Origin: Comamonadaceae bacterium | GTDB lineage: Bacteria; Pseudomonadota; Gammaproteobacteria; Burkholderiales; Burkholderiaceae_C | Direction of reading: 5' to 3' | Assembly: GCA_027485235.1 (NCBI GenBank) | Contig: JAIXRJ010000018.1 | Location: 11,389 to 35,388, forward strand | DNA: 24,000 nt | Shown here: one piece after another, positions 8,098 to 17,216 of the stretch | How the letters are laid out: each line of letters starts with the position of its first letter | Numbering within the stretch: the stretch's first letter is position 1 | Position numbers and translations under genes: made by a program | The notes under the pieces: generated by a model | Databases searched by the model: none | What the model saw: only the letters and a program-made list of their open reading frames with translations | Told to the model about the DNA's origin: nothing

Positions 8098-9180
8098 ATG
8101 AACTTCCGAGAACTGAGCCGCGTTGCGCTCACCTTGTTGGCCGCTTGGGCTGCTGCCCAGCTGTGCATTGCGCTGCGCACGCCCATTCCCTGGATGCTGG
8201 GACCTTTGCTGGTCACGGCGGTGGCGTCGGTGTGTGGGGCGCCCACGCGCAGCGCCAATGTGCTGCGCAATGGGGGGCAGTGGGTGATTGGCGTGGCGCT
8301 GGGCTTGTATTTCACGCCGCAAGTCAGTGCCATGGTGGTCAGCCTGTGGTGGGCGGTGGCCCTGACGGCAGTCTGGGCACTGGGGCTGGGCGCTTTGTTT
8401 GGCTTGTGGCTGGAGCGCCAACACGCCACCGATTTTGTGCACCTGCCACCGGGTGCTTGGCGCGCCACCAGTTACTTTGCCAGCGCCATTGGCGGGGCTT
8501 CCGAGATGACCTTGTTGGCCGAACGCCATGGGGCCCGCACCGATTTGGTGGCTGCGGCGCACAGCCTGCGCTTGGTGATCGTGGTGCTGTCGGTGCCCTT
8601 TGCCATGCAGTGGGCACAAAACCACTGGGGCTTGCAGGTCGACCCCTTGTTGCTGCCGGGCACGCGGGCTGCTGCTGGGTCTGCTCTGCTGTGGGTGGCG
8701 CTGGCCACGGCCGCGGGGGTGTTGCTGATGTCCTGGCTCAAACGCGCCAACCCTTGGTTCATGGGCGCTTTGCTGGTGTCCATGGGACTGGCGCTGGCGG
8801 GCATGAGCGGCAACACCTTGCCCACGGCCTTGACCAACGCCGCCCAGTTGGTCATTGGGGTGAGCCTGGGGGTGCGCTTTCAGCGCGACTTCCTCCAAGT
8901 GGCCCCCCGCTGGCTGGCTTCGGTTGCCTTGGGCACTTTGGCAATGATGGTTTTGTCAGCCGGCTTCGGTTTGTTCTTGGCTTGGGCCACGGGTTTGCAC
9001 CCGGCTACCCTGATTTTGGGCACCTCGCCGGGCGGCATTGCCGAGATGGCCATCACAGCCAAGGTCTTGCAATTGGGGGTGCCGGTGGTCACCGCGTTTC
9101 AGGTGTGCCGCTTGGTGGCGGTTTTGGTTTTGGTGGGTCCGATCTTTGACTGGCTGGACGGCCGAAAAAAAACCGCCTGA
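8098..9180 (+). CDS. AbrB-family (AbrB duplication) integral membrane protein
   Basis: 360 aa and polytopic. WMLGPLLVTAVASVCG near the N-terminus and WFMGALLVSMGLALAG mid-protein show the internal duplication. TSPGGIAEMAITAKVLQLGVPVVTAFQVCRL is typical of this family, which is often mis-annotated as ammonia monooxygenase. Confidence 0.72.
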   Translation: MNFRELSRVALTLLAAWAAAQLCIALRTPIPWMLGPLLVTAVASVCGAPTRSANVLRNGGQWVIGVALGLYFTPQVSAMVVSLWWAVALTAVWALGLGALFGLWLERQHATDFVHLPPGAWRATSYFASAIGGASEMTLLAERHGARTDLVAAAHSLRLVIVVLSVPFAMQWAQNHWGLQVDPLLLPGTRAAAGSALLWVALATAAGVLLMSWLKRANPWFMGALLVSMGLALAGMSGNTLPTALTNAAQLVIGVSLGVRFQRDFLQVAPRWLASVALGTLAMMVLSAGFGLFLAWATGLHPATLILGTSPGGIAEMAITAKVLQLGVPVVTAFQVCRLVAVLVLVGPIFDWLDGRKKTA

Positions 9181-9197
9181 GTGCGCAGGCGGTTTTT
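9171..9197. terminator. Bidirectional Rho-independent terminator between convergent genes
   Basis: AACCGCCTG-agtgcg-CAGGCGGTT stem flanked by an A-run (9165-9172) upstream and TTTTT downstream. It can serve both the AbrB-family gene (+) and the DUF3567 gene (-). Confidence 0.75.
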
Positions 9198-9215
9198 GTG
9201 CTGGACGGTCGGGGC

Positions 9216-9497
9216 TCAGTGCACCACCACCGGCTGTTGGGCCAAGCCGGTGTAGCCCTCGAGCGTGTCTTCAACTTCTTCTTGCGTGGGGGTGTGCTGT
9301 TGCCAAGCTTGAATTTGTTGCTGGAACATTTCCGCCCAGGAGCCGTCCAGATAAACCTCTTTGCCGGAGCGCTTGTCCACGATTTCAAAACCGTGACGCT
9401 CCAGCATGGGCTTGCTGCTGGGGGGTGCGCTTTCGGCAGGCGCGTTGGCCAACAGGTGCATCACGGCAAATGTTTCAGATTCGTACAGCAGGTTCAT
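9216..9497 (-). CDS. DUF3567-family small protein
   Basis: From the internal ATG: MNLLYESETFAVMH...GFEIVDKRSGKEVYLDGSWAEMFQQQIQAW...LAQQPVVVH. It resembles the small Burkholderiales proteins (M.(I/L)YNS..(Y/F).V(V/M)...EIVDK...(I/V)(F/Y)L.G.......QQPVVLH) that sit next to DUF3108 genes. The family assignment is from memory, not a search. Confidence 0.6.
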   Translation of the reverse strand: MNLLYESETFAVMHLLANAPAESAPPSSKPMLERHGFEIVDKRSGKEVYLDGSWAEMFQQQIQAWQQHTPTQEEVEDTLEGYTGLAQQPVVVH

Positions 9498-9556
9498 GGC
9501 TTCATTCTCTCTTAACTTCAATGACGCAGGTGGGGGTGTGTGGATGGACTTCAAGC

Positions 9557-10738
9557 TCATGTGGGATTCACGGGGGACAGCGCGGGCAAAGCTTCGTGTC
9601 CGCTCAAATTCAAGTCAATGAAGTTGCCACTGGTTTGGGTGATGCGGATGCGCACCGGCAGCCATTGGTGTTTTTCCGCCACCCAAAATTCGACTTTGGC
9701 GTCGAAGCGGTTGCGGGGTTGACAGATCCATTTGGCGGTGGACATGGGCTGGTTGTCGACGGTGAGTGTTTCCCAGTGTTCGAGGGTCAGCGTCCATGGC
9801 AGGGCATCGCGCAGGGTGATGGTCTGGATTTGCAGGCGGGTGCCGGGCACAAAGCGTTCGGGCGATCCGGTCATGGCGGCGGCCAGCTGCACGTACAGGC
9901 TGATCTGGTCTTGCGCCCCTGCCAGCAGGCGGGCCTCGGGCGCATTGCTGCTGAAAACGATGCGGTTTTTCTCACGGTCAAAGTGCGAAGCCCGCTCGCT
10001 GCGCCAGCTGTCCGAGAAGCGCTTTGGCGCCAAGCCGGCGGCGGTGATGTTGCCCACGCTGTGCCAGTGCCGTGAGCCGACCAAGAAGGCCTTGACAGTC
10101 AGGCCCAAGGCATAGGTCTGTTCATTGTGCTGCCAGCGAAGTTCGCCGTTGGCGTAGTAGCTCAGGCCTTTTTCCTGCCCGGTCAGTTTGTAGCTCAACA
10201 GGCTGGAGGGTGGCAGTGCCCCCAAGGGGATGTCGGGCAGCGCTTGGCCCACGATTTCAGCGGCAGCGGCTGCAGGGAGGGGTGTGGCCGTGTCAGGCAA
10301 GGATTCGTTCGATGGGGCTGGGGTCGCGGCCTGCGCGAGCAGCGGCTCGGCTGCCTCTTCTGGCGCGTGGGGCAAGCTCGGGGGGGCGGGCTCTGCGCTC
10401 GGTGCTTCAGCCTGCACGGGGGCCATGGGCTCGGACGGCCTTGGGCTGACGTGCTGCGCCATGCGTGTGCGCGGCGCGGCAGGCCGCATGGGTGCCAAAG
10501 GTGCCACAGAGATGGGGGCCACTGCAGGCAGGGGGGCAGCGATCGTGCGGGTTTGCAGCGGTGTCACGCGGGCTGCAGCCTTGTTCTGCAGTTGCAGGTC
10601 CAAAGCGCCCGACAAACCGAGCAGCAGCCACACATGCATGGCACCCACCAGGCCCACCAGCCAAGCCAGTGTGCGCCGAGTGGGCAGGCCGCTGACCGGG
10701 CGGGCATTGGCAAGGGGGTTGGCGAGCGGGGCAGGCAT
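9557..10738 (-). CDS. DUF3108-domain protein with an N-terminal membrane anchor and a Pro/Ala-rich spacer
   Basis: TM segment LAWLVGLVGAMHVWLLLGL, then a Pro/Ala-rich low-complexity stretch of about 100 aa. The C-terminal domain (LSYKLTGQEKGLSYYANGELRWQHNEQTYALGL...VEFWVAEKHQWLPVRIRITQTSGNFIDLNL) matches my recollection of DUF3108. Confidence 0.65.
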   Translation of the reverse strand: MPAPLANPLANARPVSGLPTRRTLAWLVGLVGAMHVWLLLGLSGALDLQLQNKAAARVTPLQTRTIAAPLPAVAPISVAPLAPMRPAAPRTRMAQHVSPRPSEPMAPVQAEAPSAEPAPPSLPHAPEEAAEPLLAQAATPAPSNESLPDTATPLPAAAAAEIVGQALPDIPLGALPPSSLLSYKLTGQEKGLSYYANGELRWQHNEQTYALGLTVKAFLVGSRHWHSVGNITAAGLAPKRFSDSWRSERASHFDREKNRIVFSSNAPEARLLAGAQDQISLYVQLAAAMTGSPERFVPGTRLQIQTITLRDALPWTLTLEHWETLTVDNQPMSTAKWICQPRNRFDAKVEFWVAEKHQWLPVRIRITQTSGNFIDLNLSGHEALPALSPVNPT

Positions 10739-10750
10739 GGAGCGAGCGGA

Positions 10751-11596
10751 TTAACTTGGGCGCCAACCCAAATCGGCAGACAGCTGGGCTGAAAAGGTGC
10801 GCAGGGCTTGGGCGATCGGGCCTTGCCAATCGGTTTCCAGCGTCGCGGATGAGCCCAGTGCCACCACCCCCAGGGCCAAGTGCCCATCGGCATCCAACAC
10901 CGGTGCGCAAAAGCCCGAGATGCCCGGCAGCAGGACATTGACGGCACGCCCCAAGCCTTGTTGGCGCGTCTCTTCAACCATCTCTTGCACCTGCGCCGCA
11001 TTGCTGGGCAGGTCTTTGCGGCCCAGTTGCCTTGCCATGGCCAGTTCCTTGTCGATCAGGGGCCGGGCTTTGTCGGCGCCTGCGCCATGGCTGACAAAGG
11101 CTGTGAAACAGCGTCCTGTGGCCGAAGAGAGCAAAGGCATCACATCGCCCAGGCGCAAGTTGACGGGGACGGCCAAGGGCGTCTCTTGCCAATGGACCAA
11201 GGTGGGGCCGTGGTTGCCCCACACCGCGAGGGCTGCGGTGTGGTGGGTTTCAGCCATCAAGGCGGGCAGTCGTTCTCGGGCCATTTTGACGGCGTCCAGC
11301 CGCGACAAAGTGGCCAAACCCAGGCGCAGCGTGGCGGGGCCCAGTTCGTAGCGGGTGCTGCTGTGGTCTTGCACCACCAAGCCCAAGCGCTGGAAGCTGA
11401 CCAGATAGCGGTGCGCTTTGGCCGCGCTCATGCCTGCGGCCGAGGCCAAATCCCGCAACATCAAGGGCGCGGGGGCTTGCGCCAGCACATCCAGCAGGGC
11501 AAAACCCACCTCGACCGACTGGATGCCCGCACGCGCTTTGCCTTGGTCAGAACGGGCCGTATCGGCGGGGTTTTCAGGGGGCTGGGTGGGGGCCAT
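10751..11596 (-). CDS. IclR family transcriptional regulator
   Basis: IQSVEVGFALLDVLAQAPAPLMLRDLASAAGMSAAKAHRYLVSFQRLGLVVQD (IclR wHTH) plus a C-terminal IclR effector domain. It is divergent from the FAH-family gene. Confidence 0.88.
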   Translation of the reverse strand: MAPTQPPENPADTARSDQGKARAGIQSVEVGFALLDVLAQAPAPLMLRDLASAAGMSAAKAHRYLVSFQRLGLVVQDHSSTRYELGPATLRLGLATLSRLDAVKMARERLPALMAETHHTAALAVWGNHGPTLVHWQETPLAVPVNLRLGDVMPLLSSATGRCFTAFVSHGAGADKARPLIDKELAMARQLGRKDLPSNAAQVQEMVEETRQQGLGRAVNVLLPGISGFCAPVLDADGHLALGVVALGSSATLETDWQGPIAQALRTFSAQLSADLGWRPS

Positions 11597-11621
11597 GTCG
11601 TCTAAAATCTGGTTTCGTTTA

Positions 11622-11637
11622 GTTAAACCAATTTAAC
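11622..11637. promoter_or_regulatory. Inverted repeat GTTAAA-N4-TTTAAC in the AT-rich iclR/FAH divergent promoter region, candidate IclR box
   Basis: Read directly from the sequence. It is followed by a direct repeat of AATGCGT (11638-11644 and 11652-11658). Assigning it as an operator is inference only. Confidence 0.3.
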
Positions 11638-11698
11638 AATGCGTAATCATGAATGCGTCACACTGTAGCGCACCACGGCAAAAACGGACAGCTTCAAC

Positions 11699-12712
11699 AT
11701 GAAATTGGCGACCTGCAAAGACGGCTCACGCGACGGACAACTGTTGGTGGTTTCGCGAGACCTTTCAACTGCCCATTATGCGACCGGCATCGCCAGCCAA
11801 CTGCAGCAGGTGTTGGACGATTGGAACTTTCTGGCACCTCAGCTGGAAGACCTGTACACGAGCCTCAACCAGGGCAAATTGCGGCATGCATTTGCGTTTG
11901 ATCCCGAGCGGTGCATGGCCCCATTGCCCCGCGCCTACCAGTGGGCGGACGGCTCGGCCTACATCAACCATGTGGCGCTGGTGCGTGCGGCGCGCAACGC
12001 CGAAGTGCCCTCCAGCTTTTACACCGACCCGCTCATGTACCAAGGCGGCAGCGACGACTTTCTGGGCCCTTGCGATCCGGTGGTCTGCGCCAGCGAGGAC
12101 TTTGGCATCGACTTTGAGGCCGAGATTGCCGTCATCACGGGCGACGTGCCCATGCAAACCAAGGCCGACGAAGCCATCGAAAGCGTGCGTCTGATCCTGC
12201 TGGCCAACGACGTGAGCCTGCGCAACCTGATCCCCAACGAGCTGGCCAAAGGCTTTGGCTTCTTCCAGAGCAAACCCGCCACCGCCTTCAGCCCCGTGGC
12301 CGTGACGCCCGACGAGTTGGGCGATGCTTGGCAAGGCGGCCGCGTTCACCTGACGCTGCAGTCCACCTGGAACGGCCGCAAAGTGGGCATGTGCGAAGCC
12401 GGTCCTGAGATGACCTTCCACTTTGGCCAATTGATCGCCCACATTTGCAAAACGCGCAACGTGCGGGCCGGCACCGTTGTGGGCAGCGGCACCGTGAGCA
12501 ACAAGAGCGTGGAAGTGAATGGCCAAACCGAGTGGCCCAAAGGCTACAGCTGCATCGCCGAAAAACGCGCCATCGAAACCATCCTGGATGGCAAGCCCTC
12601 CACCGAATTCATGAAGTTCGGCGACACCATCCGCATCGAGATGAAAGGTCAAAACGGCGAGAGTCTGTTCGGGGCGATTGAGCAGGAAATCGTGCCCCTG
12701 AAGCCGGCGTAA
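11699..12712 (+). CDS. Fumarylacetoacetate hydrolase (FAH) family protein
   Basis: 337 aa. FGIDFEAEIAVITGD, LANDVSLRNL, FFQSKPATAFSPVAVTPDELG and FHFGQLIAHICKTRNVRAGTVVGSGTVSN are FAH-fold signatures. Confidence 0.88.
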   Translation: MKLATCKDGSRDGQLLVVSRDLSTAHYATGIASQLQQVLDDWNFLAPQLEDLYTSLNQGKLRHAFAFDPERCMAPLPRAYQWADGSAYINHVALVRAARNAEVPSSFYTDPLMYQGGSDDFLGPCDPVVCASEDFGIDFEAEIAVITGDVPMQTKADEAIESVRLILLANDVSLRNLIPNELAKGFGFFQSKPATAFSPVAVTPDELGDAWQGGRVHLTLQSTWNGRKVGMCEAGPEMTFHFGQLIAHICKTRNVRAGTVVGSGTVSNKSVEVNGQTEWPKGYSCIAEKRAIETILDGKPSTEFMKFGDTIRIEMKGQNGESLFGAIEQEIVPLKPA

Positions 12713-12950
12713 TTTTCGGAGATTTGCAAACTTGACCCGTCCCTCAGATGTGAAAGACCGTCAACCCGGACCCGAAAGTTTGTCACCCCGGACTTGATCC
12801 GGGGCCATGGCGACGGACCGGTGAGCGTGGCATGCGCTTTGAAATGCAAAAGCCAAACCCAAAGTGACCCGGGTGCTCAACGGCGCTGCTGAGGATCTGA
12901 GCAGGAGCGCCAGAAGGTGATCACCCTCAATCCTGCAACCACGCAATGGT

Positions 12951-14579
12951 TCAACCCGCCGAGCCCAGCGCCAGGCCCGCGTGCTCGCGCAGCGGGTGGA
13001 AGTGGATTTTGGGAAAGCGTTCTTGCGCCAAGCGCACGTCGTAGGGGCTGGTGCACAAATACGCCAGCGTGCCTGCCGCATCCAGCGACATGCGCTGCGG
13101 GTAGGCGTTGGTGAACTCGCGCAGCTCGGCCGGGGTGTCGGCGGTGATCCAGCGGGCGCCGGTGTACTGGCAGCCTTCCAGGCGCACATCGCAGTCGTAT
13201 TCGGCTTTGAGGCGGTGTTGCACCACTTCAAACTGCAACTGGCCCACCGCGCCCAGCAGCATGGGGCCGCCGATTTCGGGTTTGAAGACCTGGATCGCGC
13301 CTTCTTCGCCCAATTGGTCGAGGCCGGTTTGCAGTTGCTTGGTGCGCAGCGGGTTCTTCAGGATCACGGTCATGAAGAGTTCGGGCGCAAAGAAGGGCAG
13401 GCCGGTGAATTGCAAATTCGCGCCGTCGGTGATGGTGTCGCCCAGCTGCACGCCGCCGTGGGTGGTGAAGCCGATGATGTCGCCCGCATAGGCTTCGTCC
13501 ACCGCTTCGCGCCGCTGGCTGAGGAAAGTGACCACGCTGGTGGGGCGCAGTTCTTTGGCGGTGCGCTGCACCTTGAGCTTCATGCCGGGGGTGTATTTGC
13601 CAGACGCCATGCGCACAAACGCAATGCGGTCGCGGTGGTTGGCGTCCATATTGGCCTGCACCTTGAACACCACGCCCGAGAACGCGCTGTCTTCGGGCTG
13701 GATTTCCTTGACCACGGCTTGTTTGTTGACCAGCAGGTTGCTGGTGCGGGGCTTGGGCGCCGGGGCCAAATCGACCAGGGCGTCCAGCACTTCCATCACA
13801 CCGAAGTTGTTCACGCCGGAACCAAAGAACACAGGGGTTTGTTGGCCCGCCAGGAACGCCGCTTCGTCAAACGCGGGCGATGCACCGGTGGCCAGCTCCA
13901 TGCTGTCCATGGCGGTTTGCCACTCCAGGCCAAAACGCTCGGCCAGTTGGGCTTGTTCGGTCAGTGGAATGGTTTCGAAGTCTTGCGGCAGGCGTTCGCT
14001 GCCGGAGTCGAACACCGTCATGGCCTGCGTGCGCAGGTTGATGATGCCGCCGAACGATTTGCCCTGACCCACGGGCCAGGTCATGGGCACGCAGGGCATG
14101 CCCAGCTCGCGCTCAACCTCATCCAGAATGTCGAGCGGGTCGCGCACTTCGCGGTCCATCTTGTTGACGAAGGTGATGATGGGCGTGTCGCGCTGACGGC
14201 ACACCTCGATCAGGCGGCGGGTTTGCGCTTCCACACCGTTGGCCGCGTCAATCACCATGAGCGCCGAGTCCACGGCGGTGAGCACGCGGTAGGTGTCTTC
14301 CGAGAAGTCTTTGTGGCCGGGGGTGTCGAGCAGGTTGATGACGTGCTCGCGGTAGAGCATCTGCATCACGGACGAAGCCACCGAGATGCCGCGCTGCTTT
14401 TCGATTTCCATCCAGTCAGAAGTCGCGTGGCGTGAGGCTTTGCGGGCCTTGACCGAACCGGCGATCTGGATAGCACCCGAAAACAGCAAGAGCTTTTCGG
14501 TCAGTGTGGTTTTACCCGCGTCGGGGTGGGAAATGATGGCAAAAGTCCGGCGGCGCCGTGTCTCGTTGGCGTAGGTCAC
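12951..14579 (-). CDS. prfC: Peptide chain release factor 3
   Basis: RRRTFAIISHPDAGKTTLTEKLLLFSGAIQIAGSVKARKASRHATSDWMEIEKQRGISVASSVMQ...INLLDTPGHKDFSEDTYR is near-canonical RF3. It is full length at 542 aa. Confidence 0.95.
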   Translation of the reverse strand: MTYANETRRRRTFAIISHPDAGKTTLTEKLLLFSGAIQIAGSVKARKASRHATSDWMEIEKQRGISVASSVMQMLYREHVINLLDTPGHKDFSEDTYRVLTAVDSALMVIDAANGVEAQTRRLIEVCRQRDTPIITFVNKMDREVRDPLDILDEVERELGMPCVPMTWPVGQGKSFGGIINLRTQAMTVFDSGSERLPQDFETIPLTEQAQLAERFGLEWQTAMDSMELATGASPAFDEAAFLAGQQTPVFFGSGVNNFGVMEVLDALVDLAPAPKPRTSNLLVNKQAVVKEIQPEDSAFSGVVFKVQANMDANHRDRIAFVRMASGKYTPGMKLKVQRTAKELRPTSVVTFLSQRREAVDEAYAGDIIGFTTHGGVQLGDTITDGANLQFTGLPFFAPELFMTVILKNPLRTKQLQTGLDQLGEEGAIQVFKPEIGGPMLLGAVGQLQFEVVQHRLKAEYDCDVRLEGCQYTGARWITADTPAELREFTNAYPQRMSLDAAGTLAYLCTSPYDVRLAQERFPKIHFHPLREHAGLALGSAG

Positions 14580-14693
14580 AAAACGTCCTGAAATTCATGC
14601 GGGCGATCAACGCACCCGGCGCGGCCAAGCGCAGCGCAGCTTGGCAAAACCCCTGATTTTACGGTCTGAGTGCCCTATCGGGATCATTCTTCG

Positions 14694-14699
14694 TATAAT
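14694..14699 (+). promoter_or_regulatory. Candidate -10 hexamer (TATAAT) for the riboswitch-ahcY transcript
   Basis: Perfect TATAAT 6-7 nt upstream of the first riboswitch nucleotide. I could not find a convincing -35. Confidence 0.4.
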
Positions 14700-14705
14700 C
14701 GCCAA

Positions 14706-14797
14706 CTTCCGAGGAGCGTTGCAGCGCCCCCTGGCTTTGAACAAAGCTGGCAGCGGGGCGTGAGGCTCGGAACCTTCAAACAGCAACGACGCTCATC
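14706..14797 (+). promoter_or_regulatory. S-adenosylhomocysteine (SAH) riboswitch
   Basis: CUUCCGAGGAGCGUUGCAGCGCCCC...GGGGCGUGAGGCUCGGAACCUUCAAACAGCAACGACGCUCA contains the conserved SAH-element blocks. These are CCGAGGAGCG(U/C)UGC, AGGCUCGGAAC and CAACG(A/G)CGCUCA. P1 is CCGAG/CUCGG, the pseudoknot is GCGUUGC/GCAACG.CGC, and there is an internal GCGCCCC/GGGGCG hairpin. It sits directly upstream of ahcY, the classic context in Betaproteobacteria. Confidence 0.85.
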
Positions 14798-14879
14798 CAC
14801 ACAACGTGCGGTGAGCCTGTTTTCTCCATCAGTGCTCTCCCATGCGTGTGGCTCATTCACCTTGCTTGGAGTTTTCCTC

Positions 14880-16340
14880 ATGAACGCACGTATGCCTTCC
14901 ACCCTCAACGCCGATTGCGTGATCGCCGACATCGGCTTGGCCGATTGGGGCCGCAAAGAAATCAAAATCGCCGAAACCGAAATGCCCGGCCTGATGGCCA
15001 TCCGTGAAGAGTTCAACAAGGCGCAGCCTTTGAAGGGCGCCCGCATCACCGGCTCGCTGCACATGACCATCCAAACGGCCGTGCTGATCGAGACTTTGCA
15101 AGCCTTGGGCGCACAAGTGCGCTGGGCGTCTTGCAACATTTTCTCGACGCAAGACCACGCCGCCGCCGCGATTGCCGCCAAAGGCACACCGGTGTTCGCC
15201 ATCAAGGGCGAAACCTTGGCCGACTACTGGGATTACACCCACCGCATCTTTGAATTCGGCGAGGGCGTGAAGGGCGCACCTGCTGGCGCGCCGGGCACCG
15301 AAGGCGAAGGCCCCAACATGATCTTGGACGACGGCGGCGACGCCACGCTGTTGATGCACCTGGGCAAGCGCGCCGAATCCGACGCCTCCTTGATCGCCAA
15401 CCCCACCAGCGAAGAAGAGACTTGCCTGTTCAACGCCATCAAAGCCAAGCTGGCCATTGACCCCACCTGGTACAGCCGCAAGGGCGCCCAGATCATTGGC
15501 GTGACCGAAGAGACCACCACCGGCGTGTTGCGCCTGAACGAGATGGCCGCCAAAGGCAGCCTGATGTTCCGCGCCATCAACGTGAACGATTCGGTGACCA
15601 AGAGCAAGTTCGACAACCTGTACGGCTGCCGCGAATCGCTGGTCGATTCGATCAAGCGCGCCACCGACGTGATGATCGCCGGCAAAGTGGCCGTGGTCGC
15701 CGGTTACGGTGACGTGGGCAAGGGCTCGGCCCAAGCCTTGCGCGCACTGAGCGCCCAAGTCTGGGTGACCGAAATCGACCCGATCAACGCCCTGCAAGCC
15801 GCCATGGAAGGCTTCAAAGTGGTGACCATGGAATACGCCGCCGACAAGTGCGACATCTTCGTCTCGGCCACCGGCAACAAGAATGTGATCCGCTACGAGC
15901 ACATGGCCGCCATGAAAGACGAGGCCATCGTCTGCAACATCGGCCACTTTGACAACGAAATCGACGTCGTTTCTTTGGAAAAACTGCAGTGGGACGAGAT
16001 CAAGCCCCAAGTCGACCACGTCATCTTCCCCGACGGCAAGAAGATCACCCTGTTGGCCAAAGGCCGTTTGGTGAACCTGGGTTGCGCCACCGGCCACCCC
16101 AGCTTCGTGATGAGCGCCAGCTTTGCGAACCAGACCATCGCTCAGATCGAACTGTTCACCAAGCAAGAGCAATACGAATCTGGCAAGGTTTATGTGTTGC
16201 CCAAGCACCTCGACGAAAAGGTGGCACGTTTGCACCTCGAAAAAGTCGGCGCCATGCTGACCGTGCTGAGCGAAGAGCAAGCCGCCTACATCGGTGTGTC
16301 GAAAAACGGCCCTTACAAAGCCGACACTTACCGTTATTGA
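14880..16340 (+). CDS. ahcY: Adenosylhomocysteinase
   Basis: From [45 protein letters not shown]... through GHFDNEIDV and [44 protein letters not shown] it is canonical SAH hydrolase. The SD GGAG (14867-14870) precedes the ATG at 14880. The track's 70-codon N-terminal extension covers the riboswitch. Confidence 0.95.
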   Translation: MNARMPSTLNADCVIADIGLADWGRKEIKIAETEMPGLMAIREEFNKAQPLKGARITGSLHMTIQTAVLIETLQALGAQVRWASCNIFSTQDHAAAAIAAKGTPVFAIKGETLADYWDYTHRIFEFGEGVKGAPAGAPGTEGEGPNMILDDGGDATLLMHLGKRAESDASLIANPTSEEETCLFNAIKAKLAIDPTWYSRKGAQIIGVTEETTTGVLRLNEMAAKGSLMFRAINVNDSVTKSKFDNLYGCRESLVDSIKRATDVMIAGKVAVVAGYGDVGKGSAQALRALSAQVWVTEIDPINALQAAMEGFKVVTMEYAADKCDIFVSATGNKNVIRYEHMAAMKDEAIVCNIGHFDNEIDVVSLEKLQWDEIKPQVDHVIFPDGKKITLLAKGRLVNLGCATGHPSFVMSASFANQTIAQIELFTKQEQYESGKVYVLPKHLDEKVARLHLEKVGAMLTVLSEEQAAYIGVSKNGPYKADTYRY

Positions 16341-16349
16341 AAACCACGC

Positions 16350-17198
16350 ATGCGCATTGACCAGCTTCTTGTCGAGCGCGGCCTGGCCGCTTCTCGCTCC
16401 CAGGCTCAGCGACTGATCGCCGGGGGCGTGCAGTGGCAGCAGCCCGATGGAGCTTGGCGTGCGGTGGTGAAAAACCGCGACGAGGTGCCCGAAAGCGCTG
16501 CATTGCAGTTGCTGGACGATGCCGAGTCGCGTTATGTGTCGCGTGGCGGCTTGAAGCTCGAAGGGGCTTTGAAGGCCACCGGTGTTCAGGTGGACGGCTT
16601 GCGCTGCCTCGATGTGGGGCAGAGCACGGGGGGCTTCACCGACTGCTTGTTGCAGCACGGGGCTGCCGAAGTCGTGGGCATTGACGTGGGCCATGCCCAA
16701 GTGCACCCGCGCATCAGCCAAGACGAGCGGGTGGTTTGCATCGAAGGGGTCAACGCCCGCGAGTTGGCGCCCGGAGACGAGCGCATCCCCGATGCGCTGG
16801 ATGGTTTTGACTTGGTGGTGGGTGATGTGTCTTTCATCTCGCTCACGCTGGTGTTGCCGGGCGTGGTGCATTTGCTCAAACCCACGGGCCAGTTGCTGAT
16901 GCTGGTGAAACCCCAATTTGAATTGCAGCCGGGCCAAGTGGGCAAGGGCGGTATCGTGAAAGACGACACCCATTTCCCTTTCATCGAAAACCGTGTGCGC
17001 ACCGCCTTGACCGATTTGGGCATGCAGGTCACCGCGTGGCTGGACAGCCCGATTGCGGGTGGCGACGGCAACCACGAATTTTTTGTGCAAGCCTGCTGGC
17101 CTGATCCAGCAGCGGTGATGCCTGCGCGTGAGGCCACACGCGTGGCCCACGAGGCCGACCTGGCCGCCAAGGCCTATGCCAAGGCCAACGACTATTGA
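16350..17198 (+). CDS. tlyA: TlyA-family rRNA (cytidine-2'-O)-methyltransferase (S4 + FtsJ domains)
   Basis: MRIDQLLVERGLAASRSQAQRLIAGG (S4-like), YVSRGGLKLEGAL, CLDVGQSTGGFTDCLLQHGAAEVVGIDVG (SAM-binding), DVSFISLTLVLP and LVKPQFE match the TlyA family. It starts 9 bp after the ahcY stop. Confidence 0.85.
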   Translation: MRIDQLLVERGLAASRSQAQRLIAGGVQWQQPDGAWRAVVKNRDEVPESAALQLLDDAESRYVSRGGLKLEGALKATGVQVDGLRCLDVGQSTGGFTDCLLQHGAAEVVGIDVGHAQVHPRISQDERVVCIEGVNARELAPGDERIPDALDGFDLVVGDVSFISLTLVLPGVVHLLKPTGQLLMLVKPQFELQPGQVGKGGIVKDDTHFPFIENRVRTALTDLGMQVTAWLDSPIAGGDGNHEFFVQACWPDPAAVMPAREATRVAHEADLAAKAYAKANDY

Positions 17199-17216
17199 AT
17201 TTTGGAAGGTGTTGTG

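Noticed and set aside
8098-9180. Calling the AbrB-family membrane protein an ammonia monooxygenase or a transcription factor.
   Set aside because: This family name is a known annotation artefact. The sequence is a polytopic membrane protein with an internal duplication. Nothing in the sequence supports an enzymatic or DNA-binding role.
14670-14879. A 70-codon N-terminal extension of the ahcY ORF in the track.
   Set aside because: The extension overlaps the SAH riboswitch and a candidate promoter and has no AhcY homology. The conserved protein begins at [10 protein letters not shown], behind a GGAG SD.
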